Shown here one piece after another: positions 47,801 through 55,466 of a stretch of 64,000 bases of DNA. The notes under the pieces are model-generated. The model saw nothing but the letters and a program-made list of their open reading frames with translations, made no database searches and had not been told where the DNA came from. Both the position numbers and the translations under genes were made by a program. Position 1 is the stretch's first letter. Each line of letters starts with the position of its first letter. The stretch comes from an uncultured virus (IMG/VR IMGVR_UViG_3300023176_005768). Taxonomy: Duplodnaviria; Heunggongvirae; Uroviricota; Caudoviricetes. Where the stretch lies: IMG/VR virus record IMGVR_UViG_3300023176_005768, one strand, 5' to 3'.

Positions 47801-50800
47801 AAGGCGAGCTTGACGCTGTCGGAAGCGAAAATAGCTACATTCGACAGATGTTCTCAGACACCTGGGAAGCGTGGGTTGACGGTCAGTCAATCGGGACTGC
47901 CCCGACTCAAGAAGAAATCGTCGAGATGTACAACGAACGCGTTGGCGAGGTCGTTGACTCAAGACTCTCAGCGAGCGAAGAAGTTGCTGAGACACGTGAC
48001 GAAGTCGCGCCAGGCGGGACTCCGGAGTCTCCTGAGGCTCTCGAAGGTGACATGCCGCTGCCGCCTCCTTCTCCAGACGAGGCTCCGGTTGACACATCTG
48101 GCGCAATCATTGAAGAAGTCGCGTTTGATCCTAAGACCCAGAAGACATTCGGCGACGACTTGTCAGAAGCCACAGACGACCTTGAGATGGTTAAGGACGA
48201 TATCTATAGCAAGGGCTCAACTGGTAAGAAGTTCAAGGACGCTCTTCAAAGAGCGATTGACGCGATTTCAGACTACACCGACGGGAAGATTTCTCTCAGC
48301 GAGGCAGTATCTCGTTTGCGCAACGAGGAGGACGGGCTTGACGAGTTCTCTACCTCGACTGGCAAGACAAAGCTCGACTACGACTTTGCGCACGGATCAG
48401 TGCGTGACGCAAGAAGAATTCTTGACGGCTCGGTGTATGGACCTGCTGAGATTGGCAAGGGTCTTCCGCCAGAGGGTAGCGGTCTTGGGTTTAGTAAGGA
48501 CGGCGTGTTCATCAAGCCTGGGATGCGAGTTCGAGATAAGTGGGGCTATGCCGGCACAGTTGTTCGGTACAACGAAAGTGGCGGATACGTCAATGTCTAC
48601 ATTCTTAAGGACATTGATCATCGCGACCCAGACAAGCTTGGTGAAAAAGCGAAGAAGAGCTATGGTCCTAAGAAGTACATCGACAGTAAAGGCACAACTG
48701 CGCTTACAGTAATCAAGGACGGCGACGACAACTCGCCGTGGATTGACAGCGGTAAGGTTCCTGAAGGCAAGAAGCCGAAGAACCTTGACTCGCAGCTCGA
48801 AGAACTTCGTAAGATGGGCGACGATGACGGTGAAGGTCCGATGGGTGTCGAGCCGCCGTCTCCAAAGCCAGACGACAGCGGGGACTCGGGCGAAGCGCCA
48901 GCCGGAACTACAGAGGCTCTTCGTGAAAACGTCGAGGACAATAGAAGAGATGACGCCTGGACAGGCGAGGAGTCTGATCGTCCTGAGTCTCCTGGTACCG
49001 ACGTGGCGCAAGCTTCAAAAAACATCACAGAAGCTTTACGAGATTCTGAGAATCCGGAGTATACGGCAGACGATGAGACGATCAAAGATCTTCTTCGAGA
49101 AGAAATTGGTCAGACGTCGCCAGACGATACGTTCATTACGATTAGTCCACCGAGTGGCTTTGAAACAACAATACGTCGATCCGACGCTATTGCAGTTGTT
49201 GGTGATTCCCCAAAAGTTGACGCCCCTGAGGGGGCGCCAAACAACGACGCTCTCGCTGAGGAAAAGCAGCTTAAAGAAAGAATCAAAGTCTTTGAGGCCA
49301 AAGGTGGACTAACAAGGGAAGAAGCCGAAGAGTACGTCGCGTTATCAAAAAGAATAAATGAGCTACGTTTCGATAGAAGAAAAGACGCAAAAGCATCAGT
49401 AGAAGACGTCGCTGATGCTGCTGAAAGGCTGAGCACTCTTTCTCCAGAAACTAACTTGGCCGCATACAAAGATCTGTTCAAAAATAAAGGAGTGTACACG
49501 GCAATAAAGAGTGCTGCCTCCGGAGTATTTTTCAATGCTGATACAGACGTAGACAAAATTATGGACGGCGATGATCCAGAAACATCGCCACAAGATTTTT
49601 ACGACGCCTTTAAGGCGACTAGAGAAGCTCTTCGTTCGCAGTATGGTGACACCGTTCCGTTGTTTCGCGCTGTCGGTGCTCAGAAAAAGAAGTCGACAAC
49701 AAACTGGGCGACTACAAGAGAGTTTGTAGAGCAGTTTGGTGACAACGTTGTCGAGGAGTTAGTCCCCGTTGAGAGAATTGCAGCAGTCCATGTGACGCGC
49801 AATGGCAAATACCACGAGGTGATAGTCCTAGACGAAGACTACGACATCAGCGACCTTGTAGATTCTCCAACAGTCGATGCTGAATCTGAAGTATCTGAAA
49901 AAATTAAGAATTTCGAGCCAGATGATGTTCTGTACAGCGATGACGATGAGCTTACATCCGAATTTGAGTTGGCCGGATTCTTACAGTCTAGAGATGTTGC
50001 AGACAGAACTATCTCGCTGTTAGAAGAGTATCTAGAAAATAATTCAAAAGAAGAGAATGAGTACTTAGACGATCTAGTCGACGTCTTATCCAATGCTCTA
50101 CAAGACGACGACAATATTGGTCTTAAGGACGTAGTATCGGAACGCATAGAGTTTGCAGAATCTGACGACGTAAAGAAGAAAGAAGCTCTAAGAGCCTTAG
50201 TCGCGTTTCTAACATTCTTTGACGGCGGAATTTTAGACGGGTACGGCACGACGGAGCGCTATCTAGGGGGAGCGCTTAGCAAGATTGACAAGCCTAGCTC
50301 GATGAAAGACGTTGTTAAGTTTGCTCAAGAAAACAAACTTCCAGTGTCGTATGGAGATCTTCTTAGATCACAATTAAAACTAGTACAAGGAGAAGAACAG
50401 ATAGGCGGAGAAGAGCCATCAGTTGCTGGCGCTTTCTTTCGTCTACTTACGCGACTTTCAGAGTCTTCTCCCTACAGTGGAAAAATGTACAGAGGGATTG
50501 TCAACAATGAGAGCACTGAGGACTTCATAACAGAAGGATCTACAGTTACTATCCCGCCTCGATCTTTTTCAAAGGACGTAGAAACATCAGAAGAATTCGG
50601 AGACATCATTCTAGAAGTCGATGGAGAAGATGCAATTGGAGTAGATGTAAGCGAACTATCGACATGGGATGAGGGAGAGGTTATCGCGTACGGCTCGTTC
50701 AAAGTAGACTCAGTCGAAGATCGCGGAGACGGCTCGTACTACGTTAAGCTCGTGAAGTCGCAGAAATCTGAATCTTTAGAAGAAAAAGTTAAATCTCTCG

Positions 50801-53800
50801 AAGAAAACACTCAAGATACAGAAACTTCCGATGTAGATAGCCCGGTCGATGGTGATGACTCTGATGCCGGCGAGTTCTCAGATTCTGAACGTGCCATTAT
50901 TGAAGGTGCAGGGTTTGAGCCAGGGTCAGTAGAAGATGCTTCGTACCGAATTTCAGCGTTGAGAATAATAGATAGTCAGAGAGAAGAGCAGGGAAAGTCC
51001 CAGTCTGATTTCACCGAGCAAAAAGTACAGCTCTTTATCGAGAATATCGCAAAGGCAGTCTCGGAAAAACACGATACGTACTCAGAAAGCCCGAGCAAAG
51101 AACTTGCCCGCGACTATTACTCAATCGCATCAGACGAGTGGCTTGACGCAAATCTCGTAGATGCTCGTCACCCTAGACCGACTCGGGAAATAGTTGTCAA
51201 AGCGCTAGAGAGTCTCAATCCATTTCGTGTCGGCAGCCCGCATCACATCGCGTGGAGTCGAGTGCTTAATTCGCAACTTGAAGAGACGTACGACAACGCT
51301 GGAATATTGCCAGACTATGAAGGAAGGTTGACTACTCCTCAGACCAACAAGGTCTTTTACTTCATTGAAGGTGATCTCAAAGCCAAAGTAGAAAGTGGTA
51401 AATGGAGAAAGTACATCGAGGATGCTGATCCCGAGTGGGTTGAGCAGAACATTAATTCTTCTGGAGAAATATCAAATCAGAAGAGTATCTACCCTCTCCA
51501 AAAAGCTACGTACAAGGGAGTAGAATTTAGTCAGATAGACGACGATGTCTGGGTGGCGGAGTCGTTTATAGATAGATACGACGTCAACGTTGACGATCCC
51601 GATGTTCTACTACCAATGTTTATACCGATGGGTGACGGTGGAGCAGATAGCGCTGGCGAAGGTTATTTCTTCTCGGCGGAGAAGCAAAGATTTTGGGGAA
51701 GATACGGCGCCGGCGGCGCGCTAATCTCGTTTGTTGACGATGATGGAGAAGTTAAGTACGTTCTTGGCAAAAGAGCAACGTGGATCCCAGGAGGAGGGGG
51801 GAAGTGGGGTCTGCCTGGTGGAGCGCATAGAAACAGAAGAAATGCAGAAGACCCTAGAACAACCGCGATTGAAGAGACCGCAGAGGAAATTGGAATTTCT
51901 ATCAACGCGTTGACAGTCCCCGACTTCATACATGAGAACGATGTCACGCAGGACTGGCGGTACTCTACAGTTGGCTTCACAGTTTCTGCTGAAGACGCGA
52001 AGAGCGCGAAAATCAGCGATAACGAGACGTCAGAAATTAAATTCTTCACCGCTGATGAGCTCCTACGCATGGTCGGAACCGGCGAGCTACACCCGTCTCT
52101 CGACGAATTCATGCCAGAGCTTTTGGAAAGACACTCAGAAGCACTCCGCGCGCGCGCCGAGACTGCAAAGATGTCTAAGAATTTCACGGACTACAGCAAC
52201 GAAGATCCTTTTGAGGTAGATGAAATTTCTGAGGTCCTTGCAAAAGAATATAGACAGATTTTTGATGAGCAAGGCATTCCTGAGACAGTTATGGGCAACA
52301 CTATGGCTGTAGTGGCTGCTGTTAGGCACGCGTACTCTTCAGAAATTGACAAGAGCGAGAGAGGGTACTTAGGCGAGCTCGCTCGCATCCGCGATATTCT
52401 TAATTTTGCGCGAGTGGCGGCGGTCGATATCAACTATAATAGAAGACCTGATACTCCTGATGGAGACGCTAAGCCGTACAACGGGGCTATTGAAACTCAG
52501 ACCCTCGCGATGATTAGTCAAGGCGACGTAGTTGGGGCTTCAATATATCTTCATGCTGCAATAGGAGAAGCGACAGATCCTGAAGTTCGTGCTGTACTAG
52601 GAGAGTTTAAGAACGCTCTTATTAACGGCAGATTTAAAGACATCGAGGTAAAAGACGACTGGACAATTAGTAAGAAGAATCAGTCATCAATTGGAAAGAA
52701 CGCAGTCGGCGGGAAAGATTCGTGGGTTGCTGTCGCCACTACTCTTCGCGAGAGCATCGAATCCATTAAACGAATAATGGCTGACAACCCAGAAGCGGCT
52801 AGAAAGGTCTCAAAACTGTTTATGTCAGACCCGGCACTAGCGGCGCGGGTGGCCGCGTCACGATTCCTCGGGCCAGGGAGAGAGCTTAGAGAAGACGTAG
52901 ACGTTCTTCCGTTAACGAGCTCGGCGTTTGACGACGTACCGTCTATGACTGAAGCTATTAGTATAGCCAACTCTGCTGACAAGAAGTCGATAGCAACTTC
53001 TACATTGTTTGATGGTTCAGACATAGAAGACGGTGAGGTGGAGATATCTCGAGTCAAGCGCAACTTTAGCGACAAAGTTAAGACACAAATGTCATTCAAA
53101 CTTACCGCCTGGGCTGCTGAAAGACTTACTGCTGTCGCTAAACAGCGGGCTAGAGACGATGACTCCGGGTGGTCAGTTAGCACTTCAACTGGCACTGATC
53201 GTATGAGAAACACCGTGATCGGTTACGCGCTATACAACACTTTTATTCAAGTCGACGACAACGGCGTAAAGTATGTAGGCGAGTCAAATGACATTAGAAA
53301 AGAAGACGGTAACGGAAGACTCTACCTTGATAGATCTATGCAAGAGCTCGTGTATCAAGGAGATGGTTTTTCAATAAGAATTGCAACAACCTCTTCTGGC
53401 AGCTCATACAGTAGTCCATACACGGGGCTGTACAATGAAGAAGGTGGAGCTGTCCAGGGCGGATCTGACAATCTTATTGCAGACGTAAACAGAGTTCGTA
53501 TTCTTTTTGACGACGACAATCCCTCAAGTGAAGTCGTTGAACTAGCAATGAAAGTAGCCGGCGTTCGCGACCCAAGACCGGCAACAGAGCAGGACATCGA
53601 GCTCCTTGTAGAAAATAGAGCGATTAGCGTTCTTAGTTCAGAAGGCAACTACAACAACCCGGCGTTCACGACCTCGGGGGCAAATAGAGATAGAATAGTT
53701 CAAGAGCTGCGGCAGTTGTATCCGAGTCTTTTTGACTACACTGTAGCAACAGATCCTGCAACCGGCAAGGTCGAGATTCGACACTCTCAAGAGCTTGTCG

Positions 53801-54435
53801 ACGCTCTAAGGAAAAGAATCGCGCTTGGAGGCGGCGAGTCGTTCTGGCACGCTGGCAATCTTCCAGCGTCCTATTCAGAGACTTTTGATGACTCTTGGAT
53901 AACTGAGAGCGAGGCCGCCGCAAAGGTAGTTCTTCGAGTGCTCGGGCTTAGTGAGCCAGATGATATAGGCGCGGGAGTACCTGGCATTGTCAGTTCTAGA
54001 AAGAGATTTGATTCCGGCATAGGCATCGAAGGCCAGTCGTCGTACGCCGACTACGGAACTGGCTCTGCTGAATACGCGTACATTTCTAGAGCTACCCCGA
54101 GATCTATTCAAATGGACCCGACATCGACGTACTCGACTACAAACTACGCGTTTGAACTTGATCCAGACGTCATTCTCAGTCGGTTAGACATATGGGCAAA
54201 CGAGACTGACAGATTTGGCGCTCGGTCGGAGAGAGATCCGTACAATGAAATGACTTCATTCGACGCGTACGAGATTCTTGTTAAAGGCGCGATATCGCCT
54301 TCTGCTATTAAGAAAGTGCACGTAGGAACGCAAGTGCGTGAAAATATACTCGTGAGTCTAGAAGCTCGTGGTATATCTGAAATAAACGGAGTGCCTGTTG
54401 AAGACTTCTTTGTATTGTTCGAGCGGATTTATTAA
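38869..54435 (+). CDS. Giant polyvalent protein (WYL, ADP-ribosyltransferase-like x2-4, kinase-like, DEDDh exonuclease, UvrD/SF1 helicase, Nudix)
   Basis: 5188-aa ORF; FDYETTG...HRADADA; ALAGTGKT, DEAQD, VGD.NQAIYGFRGA, TAHRAKGLEWD, YVAVTRA; GLPGG...AIEETAEEIGI; YRG...RSFS...EGE; YYVK...NEVLA...NWD...DN...LDPG. Confidence 0.9.
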   Translation: MKTRNRSVAKSKFIHQYGIKIRTDVLALVADANSRVLPERRVAVAAAIAVANRSLARTVTHDPRVRVFNALREVSQFISLCTSNTQTSQSMRHCDLLPVSHPASTKSHKMNSASLRHANARWLAADPFIDDSYRALVSAAYSAFPGSSERVHAFTRLSVAPSGAVPTYLRLDDAIAPEPLSIVAVGGFGIGGNSRAARSLRARMQRRDRYGRFAFMGGGFSFNLDLDGSIFSVSGRVVGASGDDDIEIEITDSPSLPGGIYALPSSKGVSSKAIISREALKEIPEVELDRVTGGRESLVREGEISRLDAPTGWSRADSGDAGFEQFVSDDGYFVRKNLETGDYSLHRADLTDNSIGEKVADGKSWADVQRAAKDDSPAYEKVLQEAADAEGATEFPTRDSQIADVIDRALKSDYIREDVLEREEIENDIATIVSEPNGSGLITDIDDDGIDILYTHDRDGNKLDSPETRTVAWGDVTEDFQEVSFRPEEQEDFYGELERIVEGAREVDAAEARFPSGEKMFDDSREAYEAWKNQIGAGPRDMTYEEWRKWINSRADEPGVFPKDVFPDGYPISPMDTSRIVEERRKEEEREKKEAERAERDARKAIEKFLEEERRDLFPPVKPVKPRPKRDDKKAKELEQMTDEELMAELAKHGKRAERPFDRGYSLFADKSEYSASSIIAELQSRGYEVAKSGPRKPKYYGDYAAGDEGYTVYRPGQAGMFFPELDSGKPAAETPSRDSQITDVMDRVIDYDKSKGDETGRPGTTLKKVDRQPSEKDELERGIATIVQGPNGYGVVTESDEDGFDVTYTHDENGVRLSSPDTQRVSWEDVADFDKISFYYGDDDTEDFYGELEDIVEGKTPEGQVPVSSSEYREGSISAEYEGELAEVFLEEPSPGNYIVTAIVRAPEDAEEDVEVAFRADSSDPSVTDFDAEIRDNFGQEVLDFFKPTDDDITPPTEGDGSDPLSPMNTKPKGDGVQIAFPMVEEDFTEDLVKRVNDAGGYIEENDSLYDSLDGSPLGMGDERKVVVTFDKPRLTPEEARSFLGDAETDGALNARFSNDDEENAELFQKLTEGDGDPDIFDGVTPDIDPELYTGGPADITDTSFFGIRSAIEDAMEAGGTVRFMYSGKERTFTPSRIYSNPKNGLTNVVGFLDVDGEMEERTFSIDKISPMPSESKTPSGISPEFESEFDSMFEVPDGAHKVDIYSMYEPRGRTDETSEDYTDDPSELSTRFSQEELAKALREAVMPSESGDRAEGLGNLEFSDGDETVPAEALYEALQMSGVDADIILAGIYDSAFDDPNRVSNVERLQEFKGDMFDSPEYSPARSEIPQTQGEADRVTAQKAQRTGQSLDNERAQRAVELMRSHEETNPKIKEIADQIIFGRSDDPVLSFDEAFERFYPLSKSDDPADREAFRAFWGIVMSIDGGDGGDLAEPDVISPEDSRMRMLGAISNILERDGVDGDIASIAEDAYYEMIEEYGQYADYINGKKAISSGSDDLSADTTAAAFYRIVSSAASPNNRPLYRVLNIHKDNPEIETLLTEGSTFSMDARPFTAQEIADGSLMSRLFFPTGVNERRIVLEVPPGEIDSLNVSDMSFVPDEQEWIGFGELQVVSVREQSNEFGVETIVQVRRADAAAPEAPSAATAYDPDADDIETWSRTGGQAGSNPGGFYETPDGRRYYVKSPRSQSHAENEVLASAFYEMLGVPAARVRLGREDGDTRIVSTLIEDADTGDFEFRVDGGDTEYLDKVRQGFVADAWLANWDSVGLVYDNIVTDGNGDPVRLDPGGSLMYRARGAEKGSAFGNNVTELDTLRDPDLNPQAASVFGDIDDATLQAAAKRLRDITPSQIDETVDSIVSDPDDAALLKERLKARRQSILDRFGIQEGQDDPDLFPDPEPLTDAMGYQAQDLVPGDITATDSFVVEKVFRDSETPKGKVSIQGYYPGHESQRKEWNEDTEIEVSRGGTTPPKGDKPALHRPKRPYSPRSQETFSGDMRDLLEGAESWEEVAEIIRGTEIVYFDYETTGIGDGELNRPVQIGAVRIVNGEVVDRFNMYMNPEFRLSDWSKENLKREDGELVTDEWLETQPSMREAHERFIEFVGDRPILGGQNVPFDTEVLQRTLGEQGLELEIGGTIDSLPMARGTLPTWSSGSPDGPSQVGRDGKRRSSNSLGPVAEYLGVELGNWHRADADAEAAWDITDAMLTRASAPDADVSTESFDGREAEKIAQDRAEYDAAMSVYKDELADYEAAKAVAAAWNCGGAGITAAVGDGEGPCDVPDPDDMINNATPDESIVDPEGVPGGATDSNVSMADALDDGVVERPEKDGVNVKDPYADEKFPPTAQQRDVVDAVLTGENVVVRALAGTGKTSTLKLIARRLKKEQPKKRIAYVAFNKSIQLEADATMPGNVESRTGDSIAWRAIGSSLTDKRKKNRFNNKPSKLANDLGITGQPSPDEPDKDMTATQVYRAINKAVTNYTISADDEIGPQHFEFDNVPDEWIAKAGEIWDDLKSPSGVLPFNNNHATKIWALSRPDLSADGSGLDYKADVIFFDEAQDINPVIGKVIADQTAQVVYVGDGNQAIYGFRGAEDELQKISAPNDLPLTKSWRFGPQIAGIGNRFLAALGSDYRIEGGGPDGKILPRGGMPDADAVLVRSNAGAVREIYRELEAGRKVGVTKSFKEDLERFVRHADWLKSGARLDDRPQMHEDLAPFSSWDEVVKSLEDEDNKKLEFLVDLVDSEGVDGLYDMLGRLIPYTTNADVSSDELPSAPPLMPSEVASGSSGEVANGVMFEVSGDRVKLSGKTFDTKESIKALGFKWNAADKSWVRSIKGDDNRARTLNELRSKLAGDGSADRPDVVVSTAHRAKGLEWDRVRIGDDFRGPRVDGETGATIMPADEELRLAYVAVTRAQKQLDPGSLEYIYGYTTEADESPNLPSAPEADVPEAPEAPEAPPVPVEIDPERRAAEVAKYNLEDLGEGELDAVGSENSYIRQMFSDTWEAWVDGQSIGTAPTQEEIVEMYNERVGEVVDSRLSASEEVAETRDEVAPGGTPESPEALEGDMPLPPPSPDEAPVDTSGAIIEEVAFDPKTQKTFGDDLSEATDDLEMVKDDIYSKGSTGKKFKDALQRAIDAISDYTDGKISLSEAVSRLRNEEDGLDEFSTSTGKTKLDYDFAHGSVRDARRILDGSVYGPAEIGKGLPPEGSGLGFSKDGVFIKPGMRVRDKWGYAGTVVRYNESGGYVNVYILKDIDHRDPDKLGEKAKKSYGPKKYIDSKGTTALTVIKDGDDNSPWIDSGKVPEGKKPKNLDSQLEELRKMGDDDGEGPMGVEPPSPKPDDSGDSGEAPAGTTEALRENVEDNRRDDAWTGEESDRPESPGTDVAQASKNITEALRDSENPEYTADDETIKDLLREEIGQTSPDDTFITISPPSGFETTIRRSDAIAVVGDSPKVDAPEGAPNNDALAEEKQLKERIKVFEAKGGLTREEAEEYVALSKRINELRFDRRKDAKASVEDVADAAERLSTLSPETNLAAYKDLFKNKGVYTAIKSAASGVFFNADTDVDKIMDGDDPETSPQDFYDAFKATREALRSQYGDTVPLFRAVGAQKKKSTTNWATTREFVEQFGDNVVEELVPVERIAAVHVTRNGKYHEVIVLDEDYDISDLVDSPTVDAESEVSEKIKNFEPDDVLYSDDDELTSEFELAGFLQSRDVADRTISLLEEYLENNSKEENEYLDDLVDVLSNALQDDDNIGLKDVVSERIEFAESDDVKKKEALRALVAFLTFFDGGILDGYGTTERYLGGALSKIDKPSSMKDVVKFAQENKLPVSYGDLLRSQLKLVQGEEQIGGEEPSVAGAFFRLLTRLSESSPYSGKMYRGIVNNESTEDFITEGSTVTIPPRSFSKDVETSEEFGDIILEVDGEDAIGVDVSELSTWDEGEVIAYGSFKVDSVEDRGDGSYYVKLVKSQKSESLEEKVKSLEENTQDTETSDVDSPVDGDDSDAGEFSDSERAIIEGAGFEPGSVEDASYRISALRIIDSQREEQGKSQSDFTEQKVQLFIENIAKAVSEKHDTYSESPSKELARDYYSIASDEWLDANLVDARHPRPTREIVVKALESLNPFRVGSPHHIAWSRVLNSQLEETYDNAGILPDYEGRLTTPQTNKVFYFIEGDLKAKVESGKWRKYIEDADPEWVEQNINSSGEISNQKSIYPLQKATYKGVEFSQIDDDVWVAESFIDRYDVNVDDPDVLLPMFIPMGDGGADSAGEGYFFSAEKQRFWGRYGAGGALISFVDDDGEVKYVLGKRATWIPGGGGKWGLPGGAHRNRRNAEDPRTTAIEETAEEIGISINALTVPDFIHENDVTQDWRYSTVGFTVSAEDAKSAKISDNETSEIKFFTADELLRMVGTGELHPSLDEFMPELLERHSEALRARAETAKMSKNFTDYSNEDPFEVDEISEVLAKEYRQIFDEQGIPETVMGNTMAVVAAVRHAYSSEIDKSERGYLGELARIRDILNFARVAAVDINYNRRPDTPDGDAKPYNGAIETQTLAMISQGDVVGASIYLHAAIGEATDPEVRAVLGEFKNALINGRFKDIEVKDDWTISKKNQSSIGKNAVGGKDSWVAVATTLRESIESIKRIMADNPEAARKVSKLFMSDPALAARVAASRFLGPGRELREDVDVLPLTSSAFDDVPSMTEAISIANSADKKSIATSTLFDGSDIEDGEVEISRVKRNFSDKVKTQMSFKLTAWAAERLTAVAKQRARDDDSGWSVSTSTGTDRMRNTVIGYALYNTFIQVDDNGVKYVGESNDIRKEDGNGRLYLDRSMQELVYQGDGFSIRIATTSSGSSYSSPYTGLYNEEGGAVQGGSDNLIADVNRVRILFDDDNPSSEVVELAMKVAGVRDPRPATEQDIELLVENRAISVLSSEGNYNNPAFTTSGANRDRIVQELRQLYPSLFDYTVATDPATGKVEIRHSQELVDALRKRIALGGGESFWHAGNLPASYSETFDDSWITESEAAAKVVLRVLGLSEPDDIGAGVPGIVSSRKRFDSGIGIEGQSSYADYGTGSAEYAYISRATPRSIQMDPTSTYSTTNYAFELDPDVILSRLDIWANETDRFGARSERDPYNEMTSFDAYEILVKGAISPSAIKKVHVGTQVRENILVSLEARGISEINGVPVEDFFVLFERIY

Positions 54436-54438
54436 ACT

Positions 54439-54711
54439 ATGATTGAATACACTGGAATCACGATAAAAGAGTTGACTGGAGAATACACGAACAGGGTCCA
54501 ATATTGGAATTCTGCACTTGTCTTCAATGATGAAAATCCGGCAATTCAGCTAAGTAGCTTTGACAAATATAAGGTTCTACCGCTGTCAGAACCTCTTAGT
54601 GACTTTGAAAATGGCGAAATATCATTCTCGAGTCGTGGAGTACAGTATAGAATGACAGTTGAACGCGCTTCCGATGATTCGGTAAACCCGTCTGATGAGA
54701 TGAGAGACTGA
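54439..54711 (+). CDS. Small hypothetical protein
   Basis: 90 aa, AT-rich, starts 3 nt after the giant ORF. Confidence 0.6.
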   Translation: MIEYTGITIKELTGEYTNRVQYWNSALVFNDENPAIQLSSFDKYKVLPLSEPLSDFENGEISFSSRGVQYRMTVERASDDSVNPSDEMRD

Positions 54712-54716
54712 CTGCT

Positions 54717-55466
54717 ATGGCAAGTAAGACCGCTAGCGTCCCAGTGTGGCCAACATCGATCGGCCCCAGAGACGACCTCTACGTTGTTGTCGATTCTGAC
54801 GTCGATGACGGAGTATACCTTGTTTTTGCTAGCGAGCAAAAAGGCAGAACGTTCATCAGAGACAACGGCTCGTGGGTTCAAATCGATGAAAACTTCTTTG
54901 ATGAAATTGACGACCCGAAGTACTACACCGAGTATGTGAACGTCGATTTCATCAAATACTTTGACACCAGACAGGTTAAAGGCGAACGAGTTCCAGTTCT
55001 CAAGGTCGAGGATTTTTCCGATAAGGACGGCGATCCGACCACGGTCACAGCGGCTGTAGAGGACGGTAAGTGCCCTCCGGCAACGTCTGATATTGCCTTG
55101 AATATCAAGAATCGCCAGCGCGCGATCGAGGTTGCTGAATACGGGCCACTCAACCCAGAGCAGCCAAACGATATGTACTGGAAAGATATGGCGGATCGCT
55201 GGAGTGTCTCTCCAGAAGATGCTAAAAAGAGCCTGTGCGGCAATTGCGTGTTTTTCTACGTAACAACCAGTGTTAAGAACTGTATTGCTGAAGGTCTTGG
55301 CGGCACAGACGGCGCAACCGACCCGTGGGACTCTATCGACGCCGGCGAGCTTGGGTATTGTGAAGCCTTTGACTTCAAATGCGCCTCTGCTAGAACGTGT
55401 GCTGCCTGGGCGACCGGCGGGCCGATTACTGACGATAAGCTACAACAAAAAGGTGTAGAGAAATGA
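54717..55466 (+). CDS. Head-module protein with C-terminal HiPIP-like Cys cluster
   Basis: CGNCVFF...GYC.AF.FKC...RTC.AW. Confidence 0.65.
   Translation: MASKTASVPVWPTSIGPRDDLYVVVDSDVDDGVYLVFASEQKGRTFIRDNGSWVQIDENFFDEIDDPKYYTEYVNVDFIKYFDTRQVKGERVPVLKVEDFSDKDGDPTTVTAAVEDGKCPPATSDIALNIKNRQRAIEVAEYGPLNPEQPNDMYWKDMADRWSVSPEDAKKSLCGNCVFFYVTTSVKNCIAEGLGGTDGATDPWDSIDAGELGYCEAFDFKCASARTCAAWATGGPITDDKLQQKGVEK

Noticed and set aside
38869..54435. Tape measure protein, virion RNA polymerase or intein reading of the giant ORF
   Set aside because: No TM or helical-repeat pattern, no recognisable DxDGD RNAP context or intein C...HN ends; discrete enzyme motifs were found instead
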